From Obrimoposthia wandeli (Eukaryota): a stretch of 64,000 bases of DNA. Positions 10,112 to 21,356 of the stretch are shown piece after piece. The position numbers were made by a program, and so were the translations under genes. Location: assembly GCA_977020255.1 (NCBI GenBank), contig CDROCS010004085.1:124001-188000 (forward strand), read 5' to 3'. Under the pieces are notes generated by a model. The model ran no database searches, was not told where the DNA came from, and saw only the letters and a list, made by a program, of their open reading frames with translations. The first letter of the stretch is position 1; the number at the start of each line of letters is the position of its first letter.

Positions 10112-11072
10112 GACGTTTCCTCATAAAAGCAATGATAATAGAGAGCATCAATGCGATGGCTAATGGATAGCGGAACAATTCGTCACGTGGACGCCATGTT
10201 TGCTGCGCAGTGTTTATCGGTTCCAGTTGGTCGATAAGCTGATAGATGTGTTCAAGTTCTTGCGGGTTGCGTGCTCGGAAGTATTGCCCTCCGGTCATAT
10301 CTGCAATCTTGGTCAGCATTCTTTCATCAAGGTCTTGTGAAGGGTTCACTTTACGATTGCCAAAGAAACTTTTTTGAATCATTTCTTCAGCGCCAACCCC
10401 GACGGTATAAATGGTGACATTACTTTCTGCGGCAAGTTTTGCTGCTTCTAATGGTTCAATAACACCAGCAGTATTTGCACCATCGCTGAGTAAGATAATC
10501 ACCCGTTGTGGCGCTTCGCTGTTGATGAAGGTTTTGGTAGCAATACCGAGCCCTTCACCAATGGCAGTGCTTTGCCCTATTAATCCTAATACCGTACGTT
10601 CGAGCTGTTGTTTTACGGTATTGCGGTCAAAGGTGAGGGGGGTTTGCAAGTAAGCATGCTGGGCAAATAAAACTAAACCTAAACGGTCGCCTTTACGTTG
10701 CTCAATAAATTCAGCCAGTACATCTTTAACTGCAGCGAGACGATCAATGTTTTCACCATTTTTGGTTATCATATCTTCGATCGACATCGATCCTGACAGA
10801 TCGACAGCCAGTAGCATATCACGATGATCCGGCTGTACTTCGATAGGATCGCCATACCAAACAGGGCGAGCTAACGCACCTACTAAGCATATCCAGAGTA
10901 AAGACATCATAACTTTACGCCAAATACTATTCGGCTGCTGTTGTCCTATGCCTTCTGGTAGTTTGGGTAAGGTTATTGCTGCGGGCTTCATTACAGGTTT
11001 ACTGAATCGATAGACCAGCCAAGCGAGGGGTAATAGTGCCCAAGCCCAAATCCATATGAATTCAAACATCAT
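10104..11072 (-). CDS. VWA domain protein (BatA-like)
   Basis: DLSGSM MIDAS, GDRLGLVLF, TAIGEGLG and LSDG motifs. Confidence 0.9.
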   Translation of the reverse strand: MMFEFIWIWAWALLPLAWLVYRFSKPVMKPAAITLPKLPEGIGQQQPNSIWRKVMMSLLWICLVGALARPVWYGDPIEVQPDHRDMLLAVDLSGSMSIEDMITKNGENIDRLAAVKDVLAEFIEQRKGDRLGLVLFAQHAYLQTPLTFDRNTVKQQLERTVLGLIGQSTAIGEGLGIATKTFINSEAPQRVIILLSDGANTAGVIEPLEAAKLAAESNVTIYTVGVGAEEMIQKSFFGNRKVNPSQDLDERMLTKIADMTGGQYFRARNPQELEHIYQLIDQLEPINTAQQTWRPRDELFRYPLAIALMLSIIIAFMRKRRG

Positions 11073-11634
11073 GTTGCTCCTGCTTAGAAGCCGAGGTGTT
11101 ATCGACAGAAGCATTATCTGTTGCGTGTTTATTTAGCTTTGGCGGCAATGCGTGGACGATCCAGTTTGATGCGAGCTTTTTACATTGCATTAATTCGTCT
11201 TCACTAAGGCCATTGGGAGAGAAAAGACCTTGTTGCCAAACATCAGAATAGGCTAAAAACCCTTGTTGTTTCGGTGGCAATTGTTGATCAAGAAAAGATA
11301 GCCAACGTTGACCCGTTAACCCTGCAACTTGTTGACGGGGAAAATAGCTAAGGGCAGCTTTACGGAGCAGTTCATTAATATCACCCAGTTGGGTTGTTTG
11401 TGCCATTACTTTGAGCTGTCGTTTTGCTTCGTGCTGAGCTTGTTTGGATGCACGATGTTGTGTGATCTTTCTGAATAACAATCTAGAAAGATAAGAAAGC
11501 GCAATTACGCCAATAATAATACATAGCCACCATCCCCAAGCGAGTGGCCAAGTGCCCGGTATATCTTGAAGATGTACATCGGCAAGTGGCAGCGTAGTGG
11601 TGGCTTTATTCATTGGGATTGTTGGATCAGCCAT
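11062..11634 (-). CDS. DUF4381-like membrane protein of the MoxR operon
   Basis: LADVHL..WPLAWGWW and LTGQRWLSFLD motifs; conserved position in the operon. Confidence 0.8.
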   Translation of the reverse strand: MADPTIPMNKATTTLPLADVHLQDIPGTWPLAWGWWLCIIIGVIALSYLSRLLFRKITQHRASKQAQHEAKRQLKVMAQTTQLGDINELLRKAALSYFPRQQVAGLTGQRWLSFLDQQLPPKQQGFLAYSDVWQQGLFSPNGLSEDELMQCKKLASNWIVHALPPKLNKHATDNASVDNTSASKQEQHDV

Positions 11635-12613
11635 GGTGAATGCGTTGACCTCCTAACTGTTGAAGCAAAGGTATAGCTGCTGATAAAGAATGCAAGGGTA
11701 TCGCTAAGGTTTGCGCCATGTCTTTAATGAAGAGTTGATGAGCTAGATATTGTTCACTCAATTTATCTTTGGTTTTTTTCGCCGAGAAGTCGAGCCACAA
11801 TGATTGCTTATTATCTGTGACACTTTCATAACCCGTAAAACTCGTTTGTCCTTGTTCTAAAGGATCATGGATCTGTACGAATTGAATTCGATTATGATGG
11901 CGCAGTTGACTTAAACGGCGTTTATCACTTAATGCTAATTGATAGAAGTCACTGATAATGACAATCTCACTGCCTTTCGGACATAGGTGGTGGAGATGCT
12001 TCAATGCACCTGAAAAAGGCACAGAATAGCTGTTCTCGCTAGATTGTTGATGGCGACTAGATTGTTCATTAGATGAAGAGGGTATTTGTACTTTGTGTGC
12101 TTCAATTAAAGCATTAATAACTCGTAATGGCCCTTGTTGGCGTGCCGTCGGCTTACATTCTGTTAATCGCTTACCGTCATAGATAATTGCACCAATACGA
12201 TCTTTTTCTCGTATCGCTAACCAGCTGAGTAAACTAGCAAAATGTGCCGCTTGTACTGATTTCAATAACAATTGTGAACCGAACTTCATGCTGTCACTAA
12301 TATCAATTAATAACATAACGGGTTGTTCGCGCTCTTCGGTAAATAGTTTGGTATGGGTTTTACCCGTTCGCGCGGTTACACGCCAATCAATGGCTCGAAT
12401 ATCATCACCCGCTTGGTACGGACGAACTTCTGAAAAGTTCATACCACGCCCTTTTTGACGGCTCATGTGCTGACCGTTTAACTGAGACCAAACACTTTGC
12501 GCGGGTGAAAGCCAGCGAACAGCTTGGTTTTTGTATTGCAGTAACTCAGCCAGACACAAATTCACACCATCGCTATGCGGGGGCAGAGTTGGTGATATCT
12601 GTGATTCTGTCAT
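11627..12613 (-). CDS. DUF58 protein
   Basis: GRGMNFSEVRPYQAGDDIRAIDWRVTART and DISDSM motifs; ATGA overlap with the moxR stop. Confidence 0.9.
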   Translation of the reverse strand: MTESQISPTLPPHSDGVNLCLAELLQYKNQAVRWLSPAQSVWSQLNGQHMSRQKGRGMNFSEVRPYQAGDDIRAIDWRVTARTGKTHTKLFTEEREQPVMLLIDISDSMKFGSQLLLKSVQAAHFASLLSWLAIREKDRIGAIIYDGKRLTECKPTARQQGPLRVINALIEAHKVQIPSSSNEQSSRHQQSSENSYSVPFSGALKHLHHLCPKGSEIVIISDFYQLALSDKRRLSQLRHHNRIQFVQIHDPLEQGQTSFTGYESVTDNKQSLWLDFSAKKTKDKLSEQYLAHQLFIKDMAQTLAIPLHSLSAAIPLLQQLGGQRIHHG

Positions 12614-13566
12614 GCGCAAGCAACCTGCTCGATTAAGTGGCTTACAATCGAATCAGCTGCAATGCCTTCTGCTTGTGCTTCATAGCTCAATAATAATCGG
12701 TGACGAAGTACCGGATAAGCCATTTTTTGTACATCTTCTGGCGTGACAAAATCACGACCATTCAACCATGCATTGGCGCGTGCACAGCGGTCGAGAGCCA
12801 ATGTTGCTCGCGGGCTAACGCCCATTTGTAACCAATTGGCCAATTGATCGCTGTAACGCTCTGGCTGGCGTGTTGCCATGGTTAAGCGAATAATATAACG
12901 CTCAACATCCTCTGCCATATGAATGCTTAATACTGCTTTACGTGCAGCAAAAATTGATTCTTGTGTAATGTGTACTGGATCTGCTTTCTCAATACCCAGT
13001 GCTTCACCGCGATTAAGGCGAAGAATTTCTAATTCGCTGGCTTCATCGGGGTAGTTGACATTCAACTGTAACAAGAAGCGGTCAAGTTGCGCTTCAGGTA
13101 ACGGATAGGTGCCTTCCTGTTCGATTGGGTTCTGTGTTGCCATTACTAAGAACAGTTCAGGCAATGGATAGGTTTTTCGCCCTGTAGTTATTTGTTTTTC
13201 AGCCATTGCTTCTAACATCGCGGCTTGTACTTTCGCAGGCGCACGGTTGATTTCATCGGCTAATAATAATGAATTGAAAATAGGACCCGGTTGAAAGGTA
13301 AATTCAGCGGTTTCCGGGCGAAATATATCCGTACCCGTTAAGTCTGCTGGCAATAAATCGGGGGTGAACTGTACACGATGAAAACTCCCTTCAATACAGT
13401 CAGATAATATTTTTACAGCACGTGTTTTCGCTAAACCAGGGGGGCCTTCTACCAAGATATGCCCATCTGCTAATAAGGCAATCAGTAACTGTTTTACAAG
13501 ATCGGGTTGTCCGATGACCTGAGTTTCGAGATAAGTTTTAAGGCGTTGAAATGTAGAGGCTAACAT
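12610..13566 (-). CDS. moxR: MoxR-family AAA+ ATPase
   Basis: GPPGLAKT Walker A, RVQFTPDLLPADLTG, LLADEINRA and ATQNPIEQEGTYPLPEAQLDRF motifs. Confidence 0.95.
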   Translation of the reverse strand: MLASTFQRLKTYLETQVIGQPDLVKQLLIALLADGHILVEGPPGLAKTRAVKILSDCIEGSFHRVQFTPDLLPADLTGTDIFRPETAEFTFQPGPIFNSLLLADEINRAPAKVQAAMLEAMAEKQITTGRKTYPLPELFLVMATQNPIEQEGTYPLPEAQLDRFLLQLNVNYPDEASELEILRLNRGEALGIEKADPVHITQESIFAARKAVLSIHMAEDVERYIIRLTMATRQPERYSDQLANWLQMGVSPRATLALDRCARANAWLNGRDFVTPEDVQKMAYPVLRHRLLLSYEAQAEGIAADSIVSHLIEQVACA

Positions 13567-14083
13567 CGAAATATATGTCCTTGAAATACAAACAGTCAAA
13601 CAGAAATGATGAAATTTAAGACTTGAAAATGACAATAAAGTTCATGAATTTTACCGTTTAAGTCTTTGAATCGTCATGTGTGTTCTTATTTAAGGGTAGT
13701 GTGAAAACGAAATAATTAACATTAATTATTTCTTATTCATAGACTTATAGATAATCAATGAACAGATGCGATTAATGTGACACAAGAAATGAATCTGTAC
13801 TTTCTTGGTGCTGAAAGGTTTATTTCGTGACGGCATAAAAATACCAGAGTGGTGCGTAGAACGTTGTATCTGCACAGCCTTGGAATCGCCAAAAGACATC
13901 GCTTGAATTTTGGTTACATCTTTGCAGGTTTATCTTTTTGATTTTAATCGCATTTACCAGCCTGAAAGTAGGTGAAGGGTTAGATACCATCATTGATTTT
14001 GTTATTACTCAAGGAATGTTGCGGCCAAAGCGTTGAACTAAAGTTAGCAAACACATTGTTATTGCTCAAAAGTATGTTTGTGG

Positions 14084-14115
14084 AAAAACCAGAGTTAAAT
14101 GCTCTGGTTTTTTTT
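14084..14115. terminator. Orphan intrinsic terminator inside the 1.1-kb divergent intergenic region
   Basis: aaaaaccagag-ttaaatg-ctctggtttttttt; no ORF of 60 aa or more ends here. Confidence 0.7.
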
Positions 14116-14671
14116 ACCCATAATATGTTCAAAAACTGAGGTATTTACACTTACCGGTATTTTTCGTTAACCATTATTTAACATTTATATTGAGCATTAT
14201 GAAAGTATAAATATATAAACATGCGTTTGAATGAATAATCAAGGTGCATTGGTGCACATATAAGATGCAAGAAAATAATAATTTATATCATTTTTTTATA
14301 TTTAGGTGTTCGGGTATGCCTATTTTGTATTCGTTTGTTTATTTATCCTAAATAGGCACAAAGATGTGTAAATTAAATGTTAAATAAGGTTTGTTTTGTA
14401 GTGTTAGATAAATATTCAATTCCACTCAAGGATATTGGTCCGACCATTAATGCCGTGTATTGATATTAATATGCGTGTATGTTCTTATAATGTTTATGCA
14501 ACATGTTTTTCATAATAGTGTCGCAATTTGTAATTAAGATATATTCAACTTAATTAGTTATTTGTAGTTAGCATTAATTTTTACAATGTTATTTTTGTAA
14601 TGTTGTTTTTTAAATTATTAATTATTTCATGGTGATAGTTCATCTTTGTGATGAACGCGGAGTCTTTTAAA

Positions 14672-15412
14672 ATGAACAAAAAAGCATTAGTTACTGGCGC
14701 TAAAGGTGGTATTGGTTCGTCGATTACAAAAGGGTTGGTTGAGGCTGGTTATCGAGTAATTGCCACATATTTTCCAAACGGAGAAGCTAAGGCTAAAGAA
14801 TGGTTTAAAGAGAATAACTATTCAGAACTGCAGGTTCGTTTATTCCCGTTAGATGTTACTGATACAAGCTTTTGCAAAGAGGCACTTGCAACATTGTTGA
14901 AGGAAGAAGGTAACATTGATGTGTTGGTGAATAATGCTGGAATTACTCGTGATTCAACATTTAAACGTATGTCAGCATCACAATGGAGTGAAGTGATTAA
15001 TACAAACCTTAATAGCTTGTTCAACGTTACTCATCCTTTGTTCGATTCTATGTGTCAGCATGGTAATGCACGAATCATTAACATTACTTCTGTAAACGGT
15101 TTGAAAGGTCAGTTTGGTCAAGCGAATTACTCGGCAGCAAAAGCTGGAATGATTGGCTTTACAAAAGCTTTAGCTGCAGAAGGTGCCCGATCGGGCGTAA
15201 CAGTTAATGCAATTGCACCTGGTTATACAGGTACACCAATGGTTGAAGCGATTAAGTCAGAAGTATTAGATTCAATCAAAGCTGAAATTCCAATGAAACG
15301 TCTAGCTATGCCACATGAAATTGCTGGCGCGGTCACTTTCTTAGCAAGTGATGCCGCAGCATATATTACAGGCGAAACGCTGTCGGTAAATGGCGGTTTG
15401 TACATGAACTAA
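14672..15412 (+). CDS. phaB: Acetoacetyl-CoA reductase
   Basis: TGAKGGIG, LVNNAGITRD and GQFGQANYSAAKAG SDR motifs; lies in the pha operon. Confidence 0.93.
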   Translation: MNKKALVTGAKGGIGSSITKGLVEAGYRVIATYFPNGEAKAKEWFKENNYSELQVRLFPLDVTDTSFCKEALATLLKEEGNIDVLVNNAGITRDSTFKRMSASQWSEVINTNLNSLFNVTHPLFDSMCQHGNARIINITSVNGLKGQFGQANYSAAKAGMIGFTKALAAEGARSGVTVNAIAPGYTGTPMVEAIKSEVLDSIKAEIPMKRLAMPHEIAGAVTFLASDAAAYITGETLSVNGGLYMN

Positions 15413-15471
15413 TCCATAAAATTCAAGAAAGAATGGTTGGATAAATTTGATTGGAAAAGGAAGTTAAGATC

Positions 15472-16677
15472 ATGACTAAAGTATTTATTGTTGCTGCTAA
15501 ACGTACACCTATTGGCAGTTTCAATGGCGTATTGAAAACAGTTTCAGCAGCACAACTGGCAGCTGTAGCAATTAAGGGCGCTTTAGCACAAGGGAACGTA
15601 CCTGTAGAAGCTATTGATGAAGTTGTTGTTGGTAATGTTATTGGCGCAGGTCAAGGGATGGGGCCTGGTCGTCAAGCAGCAATTTTTGCTGGGATACCAA
15701 ATGAAGTGCCTGCTTATAGCTTGAATATGGTTTGCGGCAGTGGCATGAAAGCGGTAATGGATGCAGCAGCTCACATCAAAGCAGGTGATGCTGAACTCGT
15801 GGTTGCAGCTGGCGCAGAGTGTATGTCACAGATTCCTTTCTGCGCATCATCAAAAATTCGTGATGGTCATAAAATGGGTAACTTAGAGTTAACTGATTTA
15901 CTTGTTGCTGATGGTTTAACTGATGCCTTCAATGATTACCACATGGGTGTAACTGCTGAAAATGTAGTTGCAAAAGTGGGTTTAAATCGTGAGCAACAAG
16001 ATAATTTTGCATTAGCAAGTCAACAGAAAGCGATAGCAGCGATCGAGCAAGGTAAGTTTGTCGATGAAATCACACCAGTTGAAGTGAAATCACGTCGTGA
16101 AACAAAAGTAATTGATACAGACGAATATCCAAAGTCAGACGCATCTTTTGAAGGATTAGCAAAGCTACGTCCTGCATTTAAAAAAGAAGGATCAGTTACT
16201 GCGGGTAATGCATCAGGTATTAACGATGGTGGTAGTGCCATTATTGTTGCATCTGAAGCTGCAGTGGCAAAATACGGTCTAACGCCATTAGCTGAAATTG
16301 AAAGCTATGCACAAGCGGGTGTTGCACCTGAATTGATGGGGTTAGGTCCTGTTCCTGCAGTTATTAAAGCGTTAACTAAAGCAGAGCTAAATATTGAGTC
16401 TGTTGGTTTATTTGAATTCAATGAAGCGTTCGCTGGTCAAGCTCTTGGTGTGCTACATGAAGTAGCAAAAGAGTTAGATACGTCAGTAGAAGATTTAGCT
16501 GAACGTTCAAACGTAAATGGTGGTGCCATTGCATTGGGCCACCCGCTAGGTGCTTCAGGTAACCGTATTATTGTTAGCCTGTTACATGAAATGCGTCGTC
16601 GCAATACTGAATACGGCTTAGCAACACTGTGTGTTGGTGGTGGTATGGGTACAGCGATTGTACTGAAAAGTGTTTAA
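15472..16677 (+). CDS. phaA: Acetyl-CoA acetyltransferase (beta-ketothiolase)
   Basis: VCGSG catalytic Cys, NEAF, GGAIALGHPLGASG and CVGGGMG motifs. Confidence 0.95.
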   Translation: MTKVFIVAAKRTPIGSFNGVLKTVSAAQLAAVAIKGALAQGNVPVEAIDEVVVGNVIGAGQGMGPGRQAAIFAGIPNEVPAYSLNMVCGSGMKAVMDAAAHIKAGDAELVVAAGAECMSQIPFCASSKIRDGHKMGNLELTDLLVADGLTDAFNDYHMGVTAENVVAKVGLNREQQDNFALASQQKAIAAIEQGKFVDEITPVEVKSRRETKVIDTDEYPKSDASFEGLAKLRPAFKKEGSVTAGNASGINDGGSAIIVASEAAVAKYGLTPLAEIESYAQAGVAPELMGLGPVPAVIKALTKAELNIESVGLFEFNEAFAGQALGVLHEVAKELDTSVEDLAERSNVNGGAIALGHPLGASGNRIIVSLLHEMRRRNTEYGLATLCVGGGMGTAIVLKSV

Positions 16678-16772
16678 GCCGTACCTGCTTTATTTTAATG
16701 CAGAATATTCACAAATTGTATCTAGATAAAATATGGCTAGGTACTTCAATTATACTTTTATATTAAGGAATC

Positions 16773-17126
16773 ATGACTATGTATACGGAAATGTTTAAAT
16801 CTTTCTCTGAGCAAACTGAAAAAACACTTGCACCTTACGCTAAGTTTAACAAGCTATTTTCTAAAAATGTTGAAGAGCTAACTGAACTTCAACTTACAGC
16901 TGTTCGCACTTACAGCGAGTTGGGTCTTTCTCAATTAAAAGCCATTGGTGAAGTAAAAGATATGGAATCATTGGCTGAGTTCAATGGTCAGCAGCTTGAA
17001 ACATTAACGACGTTTTCTCAGCAGTTAATGGAAGACAGCAAGAAGTTCTCATCAGTTGCACAAACATTTAAAACTGAAGTTGATGAACTAGTTGCAGAAA
17101 ATGTAAAAGAAGTAACACCAGCATAA
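16773..17126 (+). CDS. phaP: Phasin (PHA granule protein)
   Basis: 117-aa helical E/K/Q-rich protein between the thiolase and synthase genes; resembles gammaproteobacterial phasins. Confidence 0.85.
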   Translation: MTMYTEMFKSFSEQTEKTLAPYAKFNKLFSKNVEELTELQLTAVRTYSELGLSQLKAIGEVKDMESLAEFNGQQLETLTTFSQQLMEDSKKFSSVAQTFKTEVDELVAENVKEVTPA

Positions 17127-17192
17127 TTATATGACCATTCTGCCGCTCAACTCATGGGCGGCATTTTTAGTCCAAATACAGAGGTCATTGTA

Positions 17193-19010
17193 ATGAACGA
17201 CAACTTCTTCTCGGACTACTTTGCCAAGCTCCAAAATATGAACCAGCTATGGTGGAAGGAATTGGATTCCGGCAAGGCAGCTCTAAATACTCCCCTTAAT
17301 AAAGCGATGAATAAAATCAACTTGAAAGATACTGTTGAGTTGATTGATAAAGCCAGCGCTCAGCCAGAAGTACTTGTTAAAGTACAAATGGATTGGTGGG
17401 AAAGTCAGATGAAAATCTGGCAAAACGTTACTATGCCAAATAGTGATGAAGATAATAAAATTAAACCTGAAAAAGATGATAAGCGCTTTAATGATCCCGC
17501 TTGGGATGATGAGGCGTATTACAGCTATATAAAGCAGTCGTATTTACTCTTTAGCAATACAATGAAAGAAAGTATTGAATCTATTGAAGGGTTAGATGAA
17601 AAAGCGAAAGAACGAATTGGCTTTTTCTCTCGACAAGCGATTAATGCACTTTCTCCTACAAATTTTGTTATCACGAATCCTGAACTCGCTAAATTAACGG
17701 TTGAAACGAACGGTGCAAACTTAGTTAAAGGCATGGAACTGTATCAGGAAGACGTACAAGCAAGTGCCGATGTTCTTAAAATTCGAATGACAAATGATAG
17801 TGCATTTGAACTCGGAGAGAACATTGCAAATACAGCTGGTGATGTGGTTTTTAAAAATGATTTATTTGAGTTGATTCAATACAAGCCATTGACTGAAAAA
17901 GTAAATCAAACGCCGCTTCTTATCGTGCCTCCTTTCATTAATAAATACTACATCCTTGATCTTCGCGAGAAGAATTCAATGGTACGTTGGCTAGTAGAGC
18001 AAGGCCATACGGTATTTATGATGTCTTGGCGTAATCCTGATGCCACAATGGTAAATATTGATTTTGATGACTATGTGCTAGATGGCGTAGTTAAAGCCGT
18101 TGATGCTGTCGAAGACATTACTGGTGAGAAGCAAATTAACGCTGCAGGCTATTGCATTGGTGGAACGTTATTAGCGACGACTTTAGCTTACTACTCTGCT
18201 AAACGAATGCGTAATCGTATCAAGTCCGCTTCGTTTTTCACTACGTTGTTAGATTTTTCTCAACCAGGTGAGATAGGAGCGTATATTAACGATCCTATTA
18301 TCTCTGCAATTGAAGCCCAAAATGAAGCAAATGGTTATATGGATGGACGCTCACTTAGTGTCACGTTCAGTTTGTTGCGTGAAAATAGCCTTTATTGGAA
18401 TTATTACGTAAACAATTATCTAAAAGGCAATAGCCCAATAGATTTTGACCTGCTTTATTGGAATAGTGACAGTACTAATGTTGCCGTTGCATGTCATAGC
18501 ACTTTATTACGACAGTTCTATCTTGAGAATAAATTGGTCGATTCCAAGGGATATAAAGTGGGTGGAGTCTTTATTGATTTGTCGAAGATTAAAGTACCAA
18601 CATACTTTATTTCTACGCAAGAAGACCATATAGCCTTGTGGCAAGGCACATACCGTGGTGCACAGAACTTAAATAGTAAATCAACATTTGTGCTTGGTGA
18701 ATCCGGTCATATTGCGGGCATTGTTAACCACCCCGCTAAAAATAAATATGGGTACTGGATTAATGATGAAAAAATTGATGATCCAGAAGCATGGTTAAAT
18801 AATGCAAAGCGTGAAGAGGGGTCTTGGTGGAATCATTGGGACACATGGCTAGCTGACTTTAATCCAGAAGAACAAGTTGAGCCTCGTGAAGCAGGTAATG
18901 CTAATTACCCTTCTTTAATAACAGCACCTGGTAACTATGTTCGCCAAACTCTGCCAATAGAGGTTTCAAATGTAAAATCTCAGCAGTTAAAGTCTGTTGA
19001 AGATGTTTAA
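17193..19010 (+). CDS. phaC: Class I poly(3-hydroxyalkanoate) synthase
   Basis: PPFINKYYILDL, GYCIGGT lipase-box Cys, QEDHIA Asp and SGHIAG His. Confidence 0.95.
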   Translation: MNDNFFSDYFAKLQNMNQLWWKELDSGKAALNTPLNKAMNKINLKDTVELIDKASAQPEVLVKVQMDWWESQMKIWQNVTMPNSDEDNKIKPEKDDKRFNDPAWDDEAYYSYIKQSYLLFSNTMKESIESIEGLDEKAKERIGFFSRQAINALSPTNFVITNPELAKLTVETNGANLVKGMELYQEDVQASADVLKIRMTNDSAFELGENIANTAGDVVFKNDLFELIQYKPLTEKVNQTPLLIVPPFINKYYILDLREKNSMVRWLVEQGHTVFMMSWRNPDATMVNIDFDDYVLDGVVKAVDAVEDITGEKQINAAGYCIGGTLLATTLAYYSAKRMRNRIKSASFFTTLLDFSQPGEIGAYINDPIISAIEAQNEANGYMDGRSLSVTFSLLRENSLYWNYYVNNYLKGNSPIDFDLLYWNSDSTNVAVACHSTLLRQFYLENKLVDSKGYKVGGVFIDLSKIKVPTYFISTQEDHIALWQGTYRGAQNLNSKSTFVLGESGHIAGIVNHPAKNKYGYWINDEKIDDPEAWLNNAKREEGSWWNHWDTWLADFNPEEQVEPREAGNANYPSLITAPGNYVRQTLPIEVSNVKSQQLKSVEDV

Positions 19011-19038
19011 AATCTAAATGTTGCAGAATAAGATATAT

Positions 19039-19064
19039 AGCCGACGTTAAAACGTCGGTTTTTT
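19039..19064 (+). terminator. Terminator after phaC
   Basis: agccgacgt-taaa-acgtcggtttttt. Confidence 0.85.
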
Positions 19065-19166
19065 GCGTTTTGCTGCAGTCAAAAATACATTTCCGCCCTG
19101 AATCGCGGGCTAAAAAAACAGGTTGGTTGTTTATTGAGCGGTTGGTAAGTAAATTATTAAAAACTA

Positions 19167-19194
19167 TTGTCATGGCTGAATATCTCCCTATACT
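19167..19194 (+). promoter_or_regulatory. rrn promoter (-35 TTGTCA, 16 bp, -10 TATACT) with upstream AT-rich UP-like tract
   Basis: Read directly; 16-bp spacing is typical of rRNA promoters. Confidence 0.7.
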
Positions 19195-19244
19195 ACGACC
19201 TCACTGACACGGAGCACGGCGCTTAGCCAGCAACCTAGTCAGTA

Positions 19245-19256
19245 TGTTCTTTAACA
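19245..19256 (+). promoter_or_regulatory. rrn leader boxA antiterminator
   Basis: TGTTCTTTAACA; a second boxA (TGCTCTTTAACA) lies at 21543-21554 in the ITS. Confidence 0.8.
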
Positions 19257-19454
19257 ATTTGACCATGCAATCTGTGTGGGCACTCGTGAAATTTTAAGTC
19301 GAAAGATTTATCAATGAACTGAGTGACCTTAATCATCGCAAGATGACACAGTCAATTTATGCTTCATTCTTCGCAAGAAGATGAAACAAGAATATCAGTA
19401 AAAATCATTGAGCCGATTCGACACTTTTTATTAAGTAGAGAATCAACAGAACTT

Positions 19455-19697
19455 TAATTGAAGAGTTTGATCATGGCTCAGATTGAACGCTGGCGGCAGG
19501 CCTAACACATGCAAGTCGAGCGGTAACAGAAAGAAAGCTTGCTTTCTTTGCTGACGAGCGGCGGACGGGTGAGTAATGCCTGGGAATATGCCTTAGTGTG
19601 GGGGATAACTATTGGAAACGATAGCTAATACCGCATAACGTCTTCGGACCAAAGAGGGGGACCTTCGGGCCTCTCGCGCTAAGATTAGCCCAGGTGG

Positions 19698-19733
<36 letters not shown>

Positions 19734-19742
19734 AACGATCCC

Positions 19743-19825
<83 letters not shown>

Positions 19826-19953
19826 CACAATGGGGGAAACCCTGATGCAGCCATGCCGCGTGTATGAAGAAGGCCTTCGGGTTGTAAAGTACTTTCAGTC
19901 GTGAGGAAGGGTGTGTAGTTAATAGCTGCATGCCTTGACGTTAGCGACAGAAG

Positions 19954-20001
<48 letters not shown>

Positions 20002-20217
20002 GAGCGTTAATCGGAATTACTGGGCGTAAAGCGCATGCAGGCGGTCTGTTAAGCAAGATGTGAAAGCCCGGGGCTCAACCTCGGAACCGCATTTTGAACT
20101 GGCAGACTAGAGTCTTGTAGAGGGGGGTAGAATTTCAGGTGTAGCGGTGAAATGCGTAGAGATCTGAAGGAATACCGGTGGCGAAGGCGGCCCCCTGGAC
20201 AAAGACTGACGCTCAGA

Positions 20218-20277
<60 letters not shown>

Positions 20278-20372
20278 TCTACTTGAAGGTTGTGGCCTTG
20301 AGCCGTGGCTTTCGGAGCTAACGCGTTAAGTAGACCGCCTGGGGAGTACGGTCGCAAGATTAAAACTCAAAT

Positions 20373-20443
<71 letters not shown>

Positions 20444-20499
20444 CTCTTGACATCCAGAGAATTTAGCAGAGATGCTTTAGTGCCTTCGGGAACTCTGAG

Positions 20500-20531
<32 letters not shown>

Positions 20532-20537
20532 TGTGAA

Positions 20538-20573
<36 letters not shown>

Positions 20574-20610
20574 TCCTTGTTTGCCAGCACGTAATGGTGG
20601 GAACTCGGAG

Positions 20611-20663
<53 letters not shown>

Positions 20664-20821
20664 CTTACAGTAGGGAATACACACGTGCTACAATGGCGTA
20701 TACAGAGGGCTGCCAACCAGCGATGGTGAGCGAATCCCACAAAGTACGTCGTAGTCCGGATCGGAGTCTGCAACTCGACTCCGTGAAGTCGGAATCGCTA
20801 GTAATCGTGAATCAGAATGTC

Positions 20822-20875
<54 letters not shown>

Positions 20876-20996
20876 GGCTGCACCAGAAGTAGATAGCTTA
20901 ACCTTCGGGAGGGCGTTTACCACGGTGTGGTTCATGACTGGGGTGAAGTCGTAACAAGGTAGCCCTAGGGGAACCTGGGGCTGGATCACCTCCTTA
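19455..20996 (+). rRNA. rrs: 16S rRNA
   Basis: AGAGTTTGATCATGGCTCAG at the start and GGATCACCTCCTTA anti-SD at the end; a few lesions near 20600-20680. Confidence 0.98.
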
Positions 20997-21093
20997 CCTA
21001 AAGATTTATTGTTTGATGCAGTGTCCACACAGATTGCTTGGTCGAAATGTAAAAGAGAGCTAGCGTTGCCCAACAACGCTGGCAGAAAACTAA

Positions 21094-21169
21094 GTCCCGT
21101 TCGTCTAGAGGCCTAGGACACCGCCCTTTCACGGCGGTAACAGGGGTTCGACTCCCCTACGGGACGCCA
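21094..21169 (+). tRNA. tRNA-Glu(TTC)
   Basis: 76-nt cloverleaf, anticodon arm ccgcc-CTTTCAC-ggcgg, CCA end. Confidence 0.95.
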
Positions 21170-21205
21170 CTTCCCTTTAAGAATTAAATCTTAATTGGAA
21201 CATGT

Positions 21206-21281
21206 GGGCGATTAGCTCAGTTGGGAGAGCACCTCCCTTACAAGGAGGGGGTCACTGGTTCGAGCCCAGTATCGCCCACCA
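21206..21281 (+). tRNA. tRNA-Val(TAC)
   Basis: 76-nt cloverleaf, anticodon arm ctccc-TTACA-aggag, CCA end. Confidence 0.95.
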
Positions 21282-21356
21282 TTCTTTTTTAATACTTTTA
21301 ATTGGGTATTAAAGAGAATTACTATTTATATTGTAAATAGTGTGAAGAAATAAATT

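Noticed and set aside
14230-14270. TGCA-rich dyad (gtgcattggtgcac) as a PhaR-type operator
   Set aside because: Short, far from phaB, and no phaR gene is in the window; unsupported.
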